Source: Octopus sinensis (taxonomy: Eukaryota). Taken from it: 53,665 nt of DNA. Each line of letters opens with the position of its first letter. Position 1 is the first letter of the stretch. The stretch covers positions 1-53,665 of the forward strand of contig NW_021834020.1 of NCBI RefSeq assembly GCF_006345805.1. The letters run 5' to 3'. The notes beneath the pieces were generated by a model. It saw only the letters and a list, made by a program, of their open reading frames with translations, did not search any database and had not been told where the DNA came from. Shown piece after piece: positions 1 to 14,410 of the stretch. The translations under genes and the position numbers were made by a program.

Positions 1-470
1 ACAATATGTTCTCATATTACCTATCAAGTAAATGCAAGACAGCCATTTCTATACACATAGGTACGTACACTTATGTATGTATGTAATTATGTATGTATGT
101 GTTATCTATGTATGTATGTATGTATGTGTGTGTATGTATGTATGTATATATATGTATGAATACATATATATGTATGTATATATATGTATGAATACATATA
201 TATGTATGTATATATATGTATATATGTATGTATGTATATATATGAATGTATGAATGGATGTATATGTATGTATGCATGTATGTATGTGTGTGTACTTATG
301 TATGTATGCATATATGTATGTATGTATGAATGTATGTATGTACGTATATATTTATGTATGTATGTATTTATATATATATGTATGCATGTATGTATGCATC
401 TATGTGTGTGCATGTATATATATATGTATGTGTGCATATATATGTATGTATGTATGCATATGTATGTATG

Positions 471-501
<31 letters not shown>

Positions 502-680
502 GTCTGTGTGTATGTATGTATGTATATATATATGTACGTATGTATATGTATGTATGTATTTATGTATGTATGTTTGTATGTATGTATGTATGTATATATG
601 CATGTATGTATGATTGATTGATTGATTGATTCTAGCTTCAGCTTATGAGCTCTGGCCATGCTGGGGCACCGCCATTTGTG

Positions 681-711
<31 letters not shown>

Positions 712-890
712 GTATGGATTTATGTATATACGAATGTATGAATCTTTATATGCATGTATTTATGTATGCTCGTATGTATGTATATATGCTGGTATGTATG
801 TATGTATGTATGTATGTATTTATGTATGTATATGTATTTATATATGTATACATATGTATGTATATATATATATATGTGTATGTGTGTATT

Positions 891-922
<32 letters not shown>

Positions 923-1174
923 CATATGTATGTATGTATATATATGTACGTATGTATGTATGTATATATACGTATGTATGTATATATATGTATATATGTA
1001 TGTATGTGTGAATGTATATATACGTATGTATGTATATGTTTGTACGTATGTATATATGTATGTATGAATGAATGTATGTATATGTATCTATGTATCTATG
1101 TATGTATGTGTGTATGTGTATGTGTGTATGTATTTATGTAGGTATATTTGTAAATAGGTATGTATGTATTTATG

Positions 1175-1205
<31 letters not shown>

Positions 1206-1748
1206 GTATATATGTATATACATGTATCTATGTATGAATGTATACATACGTATGTATGTACATGTATGTGTGTATGTATGTATATATGTATGCATGAATG
1301 TATACGTATGTATATGTATGTATGTATGTATCCATGTATGTATGTATGTTGGTGTGTGTATGTATGTATGTATGTCTATATGCACATATGTATATATGTG
1401 TGAATGTTTGTAATTATGTATGTATGTATGTTTTTATGTATGTATGTATATATGTGTATGTGTGTATGGGTGTATGTATGTATGTTTGTATGTATGTATG
1501 TATGTGAGTGTGTATGTATGTATGTAGGTATGTATATATGTATGTATGTATACATATATATATATATATATGTATGTATGAATGTATGTATGTATATATG
1601 TATGTATGTATGTATATATGTATGTATGTATGTATGTATCTATGAACGTATGTATATATATATACGTATGTTTGTATGTATGTATATATATGTATGTATG
1701 TATGTATGTATATATATACACGAATGTATGTATGCACATATATATATG

Positions 1749-1782
<34 letters not shown>

Positions 1783-1886
1783 TGCATGAATGTATGTATG
1801 TATGTATGTATGTATGTATATATGTATGTATGTATGTATGTATCTATGAATGTATGTATATATATATACGTATGTTTGTATGTATG

Positions 1887-1918
<32 letters not shown>

Positions 1919-2166
1919 TATATATACACGTATGTATGTATGCATATAATTAATTAATAAGGGTGAGAGAATTAGATACTAATTTAATAGTATATCTATT
2001 CAACACCAAGTGGCCTAGTGCTCCGAGAAACCTGGATTATTATAATATTTTATAATATATTACAATATTTTTACAAAATAAATATAAGAGAGTGGTCACT
2101 ATATGGCTCACTCTATCCGTTATGGTAAAATCTGGCGTGTGATTGAGTGGATTTCATCCAGATAGT

Positions 2167-2244
2167 TTTGGCTGACGAGCTACCAGTGGATTTTTTTGTA
2201 AGTCAATTACATTTAATCATTCATAGCGAAACAATTGTCCCAAA
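2167..2244 (+). ncRNA. Type I hammerhead ribozyme motif with intact core
   Basis: tttgg-CTGACGA-gcta..(41 nt)..tagc-GAAA-caattg-TC^ccaaa; stem III is palindromic; predicted cut after C2239. Confidence 0.8.
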
Positions 2245-2691
2245 TAATCTGTATTTTTGTTATTTTATTTGCCCTGTCCGTGTGAGCTAACAATCGTACT
2301 GAATTTCATGGAAACATGTTATTTTTGTGGTTGAAACCTTTTGGATTAACTGGTGCTAGAGTGAGCCATATAGTGACCACTCTCTTATATTTATTTTGTA
2401 AAAATATGTAATATATTATAAAATATTATAATAATCCAGGTTTCTCGGAGCACTAGGCCACTTGGTGTTGAATAGATATACTATTAAATTAGTATCTAAT
2501 CTCTCACCCTTATTAATTAATTATAATTATGCTGCATTATTTCTAAATGCTGTATTTGTTTTCCGTGAAAGTTTGGCGCGCTGTTAGTTGGGGCATTTGA
2601 ATATAACGTCGGATGTAATCATTGAACCACACGCGTATTTATCGTTATGGTAAAATCTGGCGTGTGATTGAGTGGATTTCATCCAGATAGT

Positions 2692-2771
2692 TTTGGCTGA
2701 CGAGCTACAAGTGGATTTTTTTGTAAGTAAAATTACATTTAATTCATTAATGCGAAACAATTGTCCCCAAA
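2692..2771 (+). ncRNA. Hammerhead motif, second tandem copy (stem II weakened)
   Basis: CTGACGA at 2697 and GAAACAATTGTC at 2754-2765; the 3' side of stem II reads atgc. Confidence 0.6.
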
Positions 2772-3224
2772 TAATCTGTATTTTTGTTATTTTTTATTTG
2801 CCCTGTCCGTGTGAGCTAACAATCGTACTGAATTTCATGGGAAACATGTATTTTTGTGGTTGAAACCTTTTGGATTAACTGGTGCTAGAGTGAGCCATAT
2901 AGTGACCACTCTCTTATATTTATTTTGTAAAAATATTGTAATATATTATAAAATATTATAATAATCCAGGTTTCTCGGAGCACTAGGCCACTTGGTGTTG
3001 AATAGATATACTATTAAATTAGTATCTAATTCTCTCACCCTTATTAATTAATTATAATTATGCTGCATTTATTTCTAAATGCTGTATTTTTTTTCCGTGA
3101 AAGTTTGGCGCGCTGTTAGTTGGGGCATTTGAATTATAACGTCGGATGTAATCATTGAACCACACGCGTATTTATCGTTATGGTAAAATCTGGCGTGTGA
3201 TTGAGTGGATTTCATCCAGATAGT

Positions 3225-3304
3225 TTTGGCTGACGAGCTACAAGTGGATTTTTTTTAAGTAAAATTACATTTAATTCATTATTAGCGAAAAAAATTGTCC
3301 AAAA
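3225..3304 (+). ncRNA. Hammerhead motif, third tandem copy (stem III damaged)
   Basis: CTGACGA at 3230; tagc-GAAA-aaaattg-TC. Confidence 0.45.
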
Positions 3305-3515
3305 TAATCTGTATTTTTGTTATTTTTTATTTGCCCTGTCCGTGTGAGCTAACAATCGTACTGAATTTCATGGGAAACATGTATTTTTGTGGTTGAAACC
3401 TTTTGGATTAACTGGTGCTAGAGTGAGCCATATAGTGACCACTCTCTTATATTTATTATGTATGCATATATATATATATGTATATATGTATGTATGTATA
3501 TATGTATGTATGTAT

Positions 3516-3985
3516 GTCATTGTTCAGTTTTATTTCAAGATTTCTTGCCTATACAGAAAGAGCCGGTTTCTAACCCTGATTCAAGACTCCTTCATTGGCA
3601 TTTCAACATCAGGGTATTTTTTTATGTATATGTGTAGATTTGTATGTTTCACTTTATGTACGTTCTCTCATGCCTATAGTTGCATCTGTAGACATGTTTA
3701 TATATGTATATTTTTAAATGATAAACTTTTGGAAAGTTTTACAGATTTTTTAAAGTTCTCAAGTTTGGTACCTAGGCAACATTTACTTTTAATTAAAATA
3801 CAATCCAAAGCATGGCTTCATTTCTATAAGATATGGATTCTCTTCCTGTAATCGTTGACCACAGTTTATTTCGAGGGCATTAAGTGTAATTTATCTAGTG
3901 CATAATTAAATATTTATAGCTATCGATATATTGCCATGGTAAAATAAAATCGTTTAGATTACCATGCATACAAACGCAGTTGACT
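3516..3985 (+). repeat. ~470-bp unique-looking block, copy 1 of 3
   Basis: Near-identical to 8712-9180 and 12723-13190. Confidence 0.9.
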
Positions 3986-4024
3986 TGTTACATGTGTATG
4001 TGTGTATGTATGTATGTATGTATG

Positions 4025-4058
<34 letters not shown>

Positions 4059-4635
4059 TGTATGTATGTATGTATGTATGTATGTATGTATGTATGTGTG
4101 TGTGTATATGTGTGTATGTATTCATGTATGTATGTATTTATGTATGTATGTATGTATTATGTATGCATGCATGTATGTATGTATGTATGATTGTATGTAT
4201 GTATGTACGAATGTAAGTATGTATGTGTGTATGTATGTATTCTTGTATGTATGTATGTATGAATGTATATATGCATGTGTGTATGTATGTGTGTATGGAT
4301 TTATGATTGTATGTGTGTATGTGTGTATGTATGTATGTGTTTATGTGTGTTTGTATTTATGTATGTGTGAATGTATGTGTGTATGTATGTATGTGTGTGT
4401 ATGTATGTATGTATGTATGTATGTGTGAGTATGTATGTATGTATATATTTATGTATGTATGAATGGATGTATATGTATGTATGCATGTATGTATGTGTGT
4501 GTACTTATGTATGTATGCATATATGTATGTATGTATGAATGTATGTATGTACGTATATATGTATGTATGTATGTATTTATATATATATGTATGCATGTAT
4601 GTATGCATCTATGTGTGTGCATGTATGTATATATG

Positions 4636-4681
<46 letters not shown>

Positions 4682-4731
4682 TATATGTATGTGTGCATAT
4701 ATATGTATGTATGTATGCATATGTATGTATG

Positions 4732-4762
<31 letters not shown>

Positions 4763-4939
4763 GTCTGTGTGTATGCATGTATGTATATATATATGTACGT
4801 ATGTATATGTATGTATGTATTTATGTATGTATGTTTGTATGTATGTATGTATGTATATATGCATGTATGTATGATTGATTGATTGATTGATTCTAGCTTC
4901 AGCTTATGAGCTCTGGCCATGCTGGGGCACCGCCATTTG

Positions 4940-4970
<31 letters not shown>

Positions 4971-7738
4971 GTATGGATTTATGTATGTACGAATGTATGA
5001 ATCTTTATATGCATGTATTTATGTATGCTCGTATGTATGTATATATGCAGGTATGTATGTATGTATGTATGTATGTATTTATGTATGTTTGTATGTATGT
5101 ATGTATGTATGTGTGTGTAGGTATGTATGTATGTATATTTGTATGTATGTATGAATGTATGTATATGTATGTGTGTTTAGGTATGTATGTACATATGTAC
5201 GCATGTATGTATGTATGTATTTATGTATGCATGTATGCATGTATATATGTGTATATGTATGTATGTATGTATTTATGTATGTATGTATGTGTGTATGTTT
5301 GTATATATGTGTGTATGTATGTATTTATGTATGTGTGTATATATGTGTGTATGTGTGTATGTATGTATGTATGTGTATGTATGTGTATATATACGTATGT
5401 ATGTATGTATGCATGCATGTATGTATGTGTGTGTATATGTATGTATATAGGTAGGTATGTATGTGTGTGTATGAATGTATGTATGCATGCATGTATGTAT
5501 GTATGTATGTGTGTGGGCATGTATGTATATATGTTTGTATGTATTTATATATATATGTATGTATGTATGTATATATATGTACGTATGTATGTATATATAT
5601 ATTTTAGGTATGTATATATATGTATGTATGTATATATATATATGTATGTATGGAGCAATATATGTATGTATGTAGATATACATATGTATGAATGCATGTA
5701 TGTACGTATGTATGTATGTATATATATGTTTGTATGTATATATATGTATTTATGTATATATATGTATGTAGTTATGTATGTATGTATATATGTATGTATA
5801 TATATGTATGCATGTATGTATATATGTATGTGTGTATGATTATGTATGTATATATGTATGTATGTATGAATGCATATATGTATGTATGTATGTATATGTG
5901 TATATGTATGTGTGTGTATGTATGTGTGCATGTATGTATGCATGTATGCATGTATGTGTCCATGTATGTATATATGTATGTATGTATATATATGTGTGTA
6001 TGTATGCATGTATGTATGTATGTATGTATATATATATATGTAAGTATGTATTTATATGTATGTATGTATGTATATATATGTATGTATGTATTGATATGTA
6101 TGTATGAATGTATGTATATATATGTATGTTGTGTATATATATATGCATGTATGGATGTATGTACATATATGTATGTGTGTATATGTATGTAGTCATGTAT
6201 ATATTTATGTATTTATGCTCATATGCATGTATGTATGTATATATGTATGTATGTATGTGTGAATGTATGTATTTATGTATGTGTGTATGTGTGTATGTAT
6301 GTATGTATGTATGTATGCATGTATGCATATATGTATGTATGTATGTATTTATGTATGTATGTAAGTATGTGTGTATGTGTGTATGTATGTATGTATGTAT
6401 GTATGTATGTATGTATGTTTGTATGTAGGTATGTATGTATGTGTGTGTGTGTATGTATGCATGTATATATGCATGTATGTTTGTATTATGTATGTGTGTG
6501 TATGTATGTATGTATATATGATTGTATGTATATGTATTTATGTATGTGTATGTATGTATATATGTATGTATGAGTGTGTATGTGTGTATGTTTATATGTA
6601 TGTATGTATATATGTATGTATATATGTATGTTTCTATTTATGTAAGTATGTATTCATGTATGTATGTATGTGTGTATGCGTGTATCTGTGTATGTATGTA
6701 TGTATGTTTGTATGTATGTATGTGTCTGTGTATGTATGTACGTATGTATCTGTGTGTATGTATGTATGTATGTATGCATGTATATATGTATGTATGAATG
6801 TATGTATATGTATGTATGTATGTATGTATGTGTATGTATGTATGTATATATGTATGTATGTATATGTCTGTATGTATGTATGTATATACATGTATGTTTG
6901 TATATATATACGTATATATGTATGTTTGTATATATGTATGTATGTATTTATGTATGTATGTATGCATGTATGTATATATGCATGTGTGTGTGTATGTAGG
7001 TATGTATGTACGTATGTAGGTAGGTATATGTGTGTATGTATGTATGTGTATATATGTATTTATATATGTGTATATATATATATGTACGTATGTATGTATA
7101 TATATGTATGTATGTATGTATGTATATACATAAATGTATGTATATATGTATATGTATGTATATATTTGTATGTATGTATGTATATATATGTATGTATGTA
7201 TGTATATGTATGTATAAATGTAAGGATATGTATGTATGTATGTATATGTGTGTATGTATATATGTATATTTGAACGTACGTATGAATGTATGTATATGTA
7301 TGTATGTAAGTGTATGTATGTATATATGTACATATGTATATATATATATGTATATATGTATGTATGTATGAATATATTTATGTATGTATGTATCCAAATA
7401 TGTATGTAAGTATATACGTATATATTTATGTATGTATGCATGTATAAATATAAGTATGTGTGTATGTATATATTTATGTGTCTGTGTATGTATGTATGTA
7501 TGAATGTATGTATGTATGTATGTATGTATGTATATGCATGTATGTATATATGTATTTATGTATGTATGTATATATATGTATGTATGTATATATATATGTA
7601 TGTATGTATGTATGTATGCATGTATTTATATATGGATGTATGTATGTATGTATGTATTTATGTATGTATGTATGTATGTATGTACATATGTATGTATATA
7701 TGTATGTGCATGTATGTATATATATATATGTATGTATG

Positions 7739-7770
<32 letters not shown>

Positions 7771-7986
7771 AGTATGTATGTATGTATGTACGTATATATA
7801 TGTATGTATGTATGTACGTATATATATGTATGTATGTATATATATATGTATGTAGTTAGGTATGTATATATGCATGTATGTATGTATATATGTATGTATG
7901 TATGTATGTATATATATATGTATGCATGTATATGTATGTAGTTATGTATGAATGTACGTATGTATTTATGTATGTATATTAGCATG

Positions 7987-8017
<31 letters not shown>

Positions 8018-8711
8018 GTATGTATGTATATATGCATGTATGTATGTATGTATGTATGTATGTATGTATAAATGCATGTATCTATGTATGTATGTATGTA
8101 TGTATTTATGTATGTATTTACGTATGTGTATGTGTGTATGTGTGTATGTATGTATGTGTGTGTATGTTGCATGTATGTATATATGTGCGGGTATGTATGT
8201 ATGTATATATGTATGTGTGTACATATGTATGTATATGTATGTAAGTATGTGTGTGTATGTATGTTTGTATATATGTATGTACGTATGTATGTGTGTGTGT
8301 GAATGTATGTATGTATATATGGATGTATGTATATATGTTAGTATGTATATACTATGTATGTATATATGTATGCATGTATTTATGAATATATGTAAGCATG
8401 TATGTATGTATGTGTGTGTATGTATGTATGTAGGTAGGTATGTATGTGTGTGTGTATTTATATATGTATACATGTATGTATGTATGTATGTATGTATGTA
8501 TGTTAGTGTGCATATATGTATATATGTAGGTATGTTTGTATGTATGTATGTATGTATATATATATATGTATGCGTGTATGTATGTATATATATGTATTTA
8601 TATGTATTTATATGTATATATATATATGTATGAATGTATGTTTGTATTTATACGTAGGTATGTATATATATATATATGTATGTATGTATATATATGTATG
8701 TATTTATGAAC

Positions 8712-9180
8712 GTCATTTTTGATTTTTTTTCAAATTTTCTTGCCTATAGTGAAAGAACCGGTTTCTAACCCTGATTCAAGACTCCTTCATTGGCATTTCA
8801 ACATCAAGGTATTTTTTTATGTATATGTGTAGCTTTGTATGTTTTACTTTATGTACGTTCTCTCATGCCTATAGTTGCATCTGTAGACATGTTTATATAT
8901 ATATATTTTTAAATGATAAACTTTTGGAAAGTTTTACAGATTTTTTTACTTTCTCAAGTTTGGTATCTAGGCAACGTTTCCTTTTAATCGAAATCCAATC
9001 CAAAGCATGGCTTCATTTCTATAAGATATGGATTCTCTTCCTGTAATCGTTGACCACAGTTTATTTCGAGGGCATTAAGTGTAATTTATCTAGTGCATAA
9101 TTAAATATTTATAGCTATCGATATATTGCCAAGTTAAAATAAAATCGTTTCAATTACCATGCATACTAACGCAGTTGACT
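8712..9180 (+). repeat. ~470-bp block, copy 2 of 3
   Basis: Near-identical to 3516-3985 and 12723-13190. Confidence 0.9.
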
Positions 9181-9185
9181 TCTAC

Positions 9186-9216
<31 letters not shown>

Positions 9217-9423
9217 TGTATGTGTGTGTATATATGTGTGTATGTGTATGTATGTATATATGTATGTATGTATATATGTATGTATGTATGTATGTATGCA
9301 TGTATGTAATTATGTATGTATGTATGTATGTATGTATGTATGTATGTATGTATGTATGTGTGTGCATGTATGTATATATGTTTGTATGTATGTATATGTA
9401 TGCATATGTATGTATGTATGTAT

Positions 9424-9837
9424 AGGAGTGGCTGTGTGGTAAGTAGCTTGTTTACAAACTACATGGTTCGGGTTCAGTCCCACTGCGTGGCAACTTGGGC
9501 AAGTGTCTTATACTATAGCATCGGCCGACCAATGACCTGTGAGTGGATTTGGTAGATGGAAACTGAAAGAAGCCCGTCGTATATATGTATATATATATAT
9601 ATGTGTGTGTGTGTGTGCGTGTATGTTTTTGTGTCAGTATTTGTCCCCCTAGCATTGCTTGACAACCGATGCTGCTGTGCTTGTGTCCCTGTTACTTAGC
9701 TGTTCGGCAAAAGAGACCGATAGAATAAGTACTGGGCTTACAAAAGAATAAGTCCCAGGGTCGAGTTGCTCGATTAAAGGTGGTGGTCCAGCATTGCCGT
9801 AGCCAAATGACTGAAACAATTAACAGAGTTAAAGAGT
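9424..9837 (+). mobile_element. tRNA-derived SINE family A (CORE-like GGCACCTTGGGCAAGTG, internal TA/TG tract); other copies at 14810-14970, 15190-15595, 15607-15960, 32920-33390, 39514-39680, 39724-40148 (+) and 27637-28039, 35069-35170, 40986-41382, 41890-41977 (-)
   Basis: A-box-like TGGCTGTGTGG, B-box-like GGTTCAGTCC, and more than 10 similar copies in the window. Confidence 0.85.
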
Positions 9838-9910
9838 ATATATATATGTATGTATGTATGTAGTTATTTATGTATGTATGCATATGTATGTATATATATG
9901 TATGTATGTG

Positions 9911-9941
<31 letters not shown>

Positions 9942-12722
9942 ATATATGTATGTATGTATATGTATGTGTGTATGTAGTTATCTATGTATGTATGTATGTA
10001 TGTATATATGTATGTATGTATGTATGTATGTGTGAATGTATGCATTTATGTATGTATGTATGTATGTCTATATGTATGTATGTATATATGCATGTATGTA
10101 TGTTTGTATGTATGTATGTATATATGCATATATGTATGTATGTATGTATTTATGTATGAACGTATGTATGTATGTGTGTATGGGTGTATGTATGTATGTT
10201 TGTATTTATGTATGTATGTGTGTTTATATGTATAAATGTATGTATGTATGAATGTATGTATATGTATGTTTGTATGTATGTATGTATGTATGTATGTATG
10301 TATGTATGTATGTATGTGTGTATGTATGTCTGTATATATGTATGTATGTATGTGTGTGTATGTATGTATATATATATATGTATGTATGTATGTATGTATA
10401 TATGTATGTATATATGTATGTACATATGTAAGTATGTTTATATTTATGTATGTATGCATGTATGTATATATGTATGTATGTGTGTGTGTATGTATGTATT
10501 ATGCATGCATGCATGTGTGTTTGCATGTATGTATCTATGTATGTATGTATATATAAGTATGTATGTATGTATGTATGTATGTATATAAACATGTAATTCT
10601 TTACTACCAACAAGGGGCTAAACACAGAGCACAAACAAGGACAGACAAACGGATTAAGTCGATTATATCGACACCAGTGCGTAACTGGTACTTAATTTAT
10701 CAACCCCGAAAAAATGGAAGGCAAAGTCGACCTTGGCGGAATTTTAACTCAGAACGTAACGGCTAAGCATTTCGCCTAGCGTGCCAACGTTTCTGCCAGC
10801 TCGCCGCCTTCAATATATATGTATATATATGTACGTATGTATGTATATATATATGTATGCATCTATATATATATATATGTATATATGCATGTATATATAT
10901 GTATTTATGTATGTATATATATAAATGTATGTAGGTATGTATGTATGTATGAATGTATGTATGTATGTATGTATATATATGTTTGTATGTATATATATGT
11001 ATATATGTATGTATGTATATATATATATGTATGTATATGTCTGTGTGTATGTATCTATATATAGGTATGTATGTATATGTATGTATGTAGTTATGTACGT
11101 ATGTATGTGTGTATGTTCGTATATATATATGTATGTATGTATATATACGTATGTACGTATATATGTATATATCTGAATGTATTTGTACATATATATACAT
11201 AGGTATGTAAGTATGTATGTATATATGTATGTATGCATGAATGTATGTATATGTATGTATGTATGTATGTATGGGTGTGTGTATGTATGTATTTATGTAT
11301 GTATATATGTATGTATGTATATATGCATGTATATATGTATGTATGTATATATATGCATGTATTTGTATATATATATATGTATGTATGTATGTATATATAT
11401 GTATATATGTATATATATGTATGTAAGTATGTACGTATGTATGAATGTATACATACGTATATATGTATATGTATGTATGTATGCATATTTGTATGCATGT
11501 ATGAATGTATGCATATGTATGTATGTGTGAATATTTGTATGTATGTATGTATTTATGTATGTGTGTATGCATGTATGTATGTGTGTGTATGTATGTATGT
11601 ATGTATGTATGTATATATATGCATGTATTTGTATATATATATATGTATGTATGTATGTATATATATGTATATGTAATATATATGTATGTAAGTATGTACG
11701 TATGTATGAATGTATACATACGTATATATGTATATGTATGTATGTATGCATATTTGTATGCATGTATGAATGTATGCATATGTATGTATGTGTGAATATT
11801 TGTATGTATGTATGTATTTATGTATGTGTGTATGCATGTATGTATGTGTGTGTATGTATGTATGTATGTATGTATGTATATATATGCATGTATGTATGTA
11901 TGTATTTATGTATGAAAGTATGTATTTATGTATGTATGAATGTATATATGCATGTATGTATGTATGTATGTATATATGCATGTATGTATGTATGTATGTA
12001 TTTATATATGTATGTATGTGTGTATGTGTGTAGGTGTGTATATATGTATGTTTGTGTGTATGTATGTATGTATGTATGTGTGTGTATGTATGTATGTATG
12101 TATATATGTGTGTATGTATGAATGTATGTATATGTATGTATGTCTGTATGTGCTTGCGTGTATATATGTATGTATGTGTGTATGTATGTATATATATATA
12201 TATGTATGTATATATGTATATATGTATGTATGTATATATATACGTATGTATGTATTTATGTATGTATGCATGTATGTATGTATGTATGTATGTATGTATG
12301 TATGTATGTATGTATGTATGTATGTATGTATGTATGTATGTATGTATGAATGTGTGTTTTTGTATGTATGTATGTAGGTAGGTATGTATGTGTGTGTGTA
12401 TGTATGGTATGTATGTATACATGCATGTGTGTATGTATGTATGTTTCTATGTATGTGTGTGTGCATGTATGTATATATGTAGATATGTATGTATGTATAT
12501 ACATGTATGTATGTATAATTCTATATGTATGTATATATATATATGTATGTATGTATTTATATGTATGTATGTATATATATAAATGCATGTATGTAAGTGT
12601 ATATATGTATGTATGTATGTATGTATATATATATGTATGTATGTATGTATGTATTTATATGTATTTATGTATATATATATATATGCATGTTTGTATGTAT
12701 ATATATGTATGTATGTATGTAT

Positions 12723-13190
12723 GTCATTGTTCAGTTTTATGCCAATATCTCTTGCCTATAGAGAAAGAGCCGGTTTCTAACCCTGATTCAAGACTCCTTC
12801 ATTGGCATTTCAACATCAGGGTATTTTTTTATGTATATGTGTAGATTTGTATGTTTCACTTTATGTACGTTCTCTCATGCCTATAGTTGCATCTGTAGAC
12901 ATGTTTATATATATATATTTTTAAATTATAAATTTTTGGAAAGTTTTACAGATTTTTTTAAGTTCTCAAGTTTGGTATCTAGGCAACGTTTACTTTAATT
13001 CGAAGTACAATCAAAAGCACGGCTTCATTTCAATAAGATATGGATTCTCTTCCTGTAATCGTTGACTACAGTTTATTTCGAGGGCATGAAGTGTAATTTA
13101 TCTAGTGCATAATCAAAAATTTAAAGCTATCGATATATTGCCAAGTTAAAATAAAATCGTTTCTATCACCATTCATACAAACGCAGTCGT
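12723..13190 (+). promoter_or_regulatory. ~470-bp block, copy 3; runs directly into the putative first exon, so a candidate promoter region
   Basis: The repeat is directly visible; the promoter role is inferred from position only. Contains TATCGATA in all three copies. Confidence 0.3.
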
Positions 13191-13199
13191 CTTCTTTCA

Positions 13200-13710
13200 A
13201 GCGGTTTAGATGCTAAGATCGATGGATAGTAACAGTTGCTGTTGATAACCTAACAAAGCTACGTGTGAAACTGATAATTTACTTACCTTCTGAAGAGCAA
13301 AGCATTCTGGAGAGAAAGACAAACGAATATAAGACCTGGAATTTAAGAACTTATTTAACGAAAAGTGAAATTACCTGGCGACATCTTCTGGAGTAAGAGG
13401 AAAAGAAAGTTCAAGTTGTCCATCGATTTTTATAAGAGTGGAAGAACTCGGGAGAGATTGTTTTAAAGACATCGTCTTTTCGAAGCCAATGCAAAAAGAA
13501 ATCAACTGTGAAATATCCTGAATTTATTCTTAAATTATCAGAACGAAGAGAATAGGAATAAATAAAAGAAAGCTTGTTTATCGAGACTAGGAAAAGGGAA
13601 CATTAAAAGGCAGAAGCTTATTGTTTGCAGTGGGACACGTCTTGTTGGTCGATTTTGCAACTAAAAGTGAAGTTTACTTAACAACCCTGTAACAGTGATG
13701 AACCTTAAAG
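13200..13710 (+). other. Putative upstream first exon of gene A (5' limit unknown)
   Basis: Ends ATGAACCTTAAAG|GTAAGT (ATG at 13698). Splicing to the acceptor TTTCAG|GAATGG at 19030 gives in-frame MNLKG-MEAP. The block is conserved in three minus-strand copies. Confidence 0.55.
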
Positions 13711-13734
13711 GTAAGTGAATTAATGATATTAAGA

Positions 13735-14410
13735 ATGAAAAGAGAGATAATTACTGAAATTGTTTTTGTAATTCTATAATATAAAATACTGTAGCTGACT
13801 TGTGCTTTTATTACACTCGATTTACCATTTTCATGTTCCACTTCCGATGAGAATGGAAAGGACGGAGATGGATTTGTAGAAATCATGGATCGACTGATCA
13901 ACTATCCTTTCTACTCTGTCTTGAAACTTAACGTTCTGATTTCGAATTTTGCTGTGATTTAGGATTTAATGTAGATAGACAGATTTAAAATAAAGAATTA
14001 GATATGAAAATAGGGTAATAAGTCTTAGGATAGTGATTAGCGATCTGTTGAATATTAAAATAAATAACACTGGGCAAATCTTTTCTTGTCTGGTGCCTGG
14101 AATATTTTAATTAATTCCAAGTGATTTTGCCTGCTAAATTCAAAACTTACTCCAGTTTTTCTTTATCAGGTCTGGTTTTCTGACTAGACCTGATAGAGTA
14201 AGTATTTTATTCATACAAGAGGCATATAATATGAATCGATAAAGAGAGATTATTACTGAAATTGTTTTTATAATTCTATAATCTAGAATACTGTAGCTGA
14301 CTTGTGCTTTCGTTACATTCGGTTTACATTGGTCATTTCTCGTTTCCTCAGAGAACGGAAAGGACATGGATGGATTTGTAGAAATCATGAATCGACTGAT
14401 AAACTATCTT
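13735..14410 (+). repeat. ~170-bp direct duplication (13735-13905 and 14240-14410)
   Basis: Shared AAAGAGAGAT..TTACTGAAATTGTTTTT..GGATTTGTAGAAATCATG. Confidence 0.85.

Larger units (their letters stand above)
1946..3457 (+). mobile_element. Penelope-like pseudo-LTR/retrozyme-like array: inverted 170-bp piece followed by ~2.5 tandem units of ~525-533 bp
   Basis: 1946-2115 is the reverse complement of ~2357-2527. Units start at ~2118, 2643 and 3176, and each carries a hammerhead motif. Confidence 0.75.
72..12722. repeat. Very long degenerate (TATG)n/(TA)n/(TG)n microsatellite field interrupted by a few insertions
   Basis: Direct reading. Segment ~240-800 is re-copied at ~4450-5060, including a 45-bp SINE scrap at 630 and 4891. 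Confidence 0.97.

Noticed and set aside
32-12844. Dozens of long MYVC/HTYI-rich ORFs (also at 43880-44875, 47878-48744 and 51047-53054)
   Set aside because: Translations of TATG/TA microsatellites, open in several frames on both strands.
13289-13307. CTGAAGA-gc aaa gc as a hammerhead start
   Set aside because: No GAAA follows stem II.
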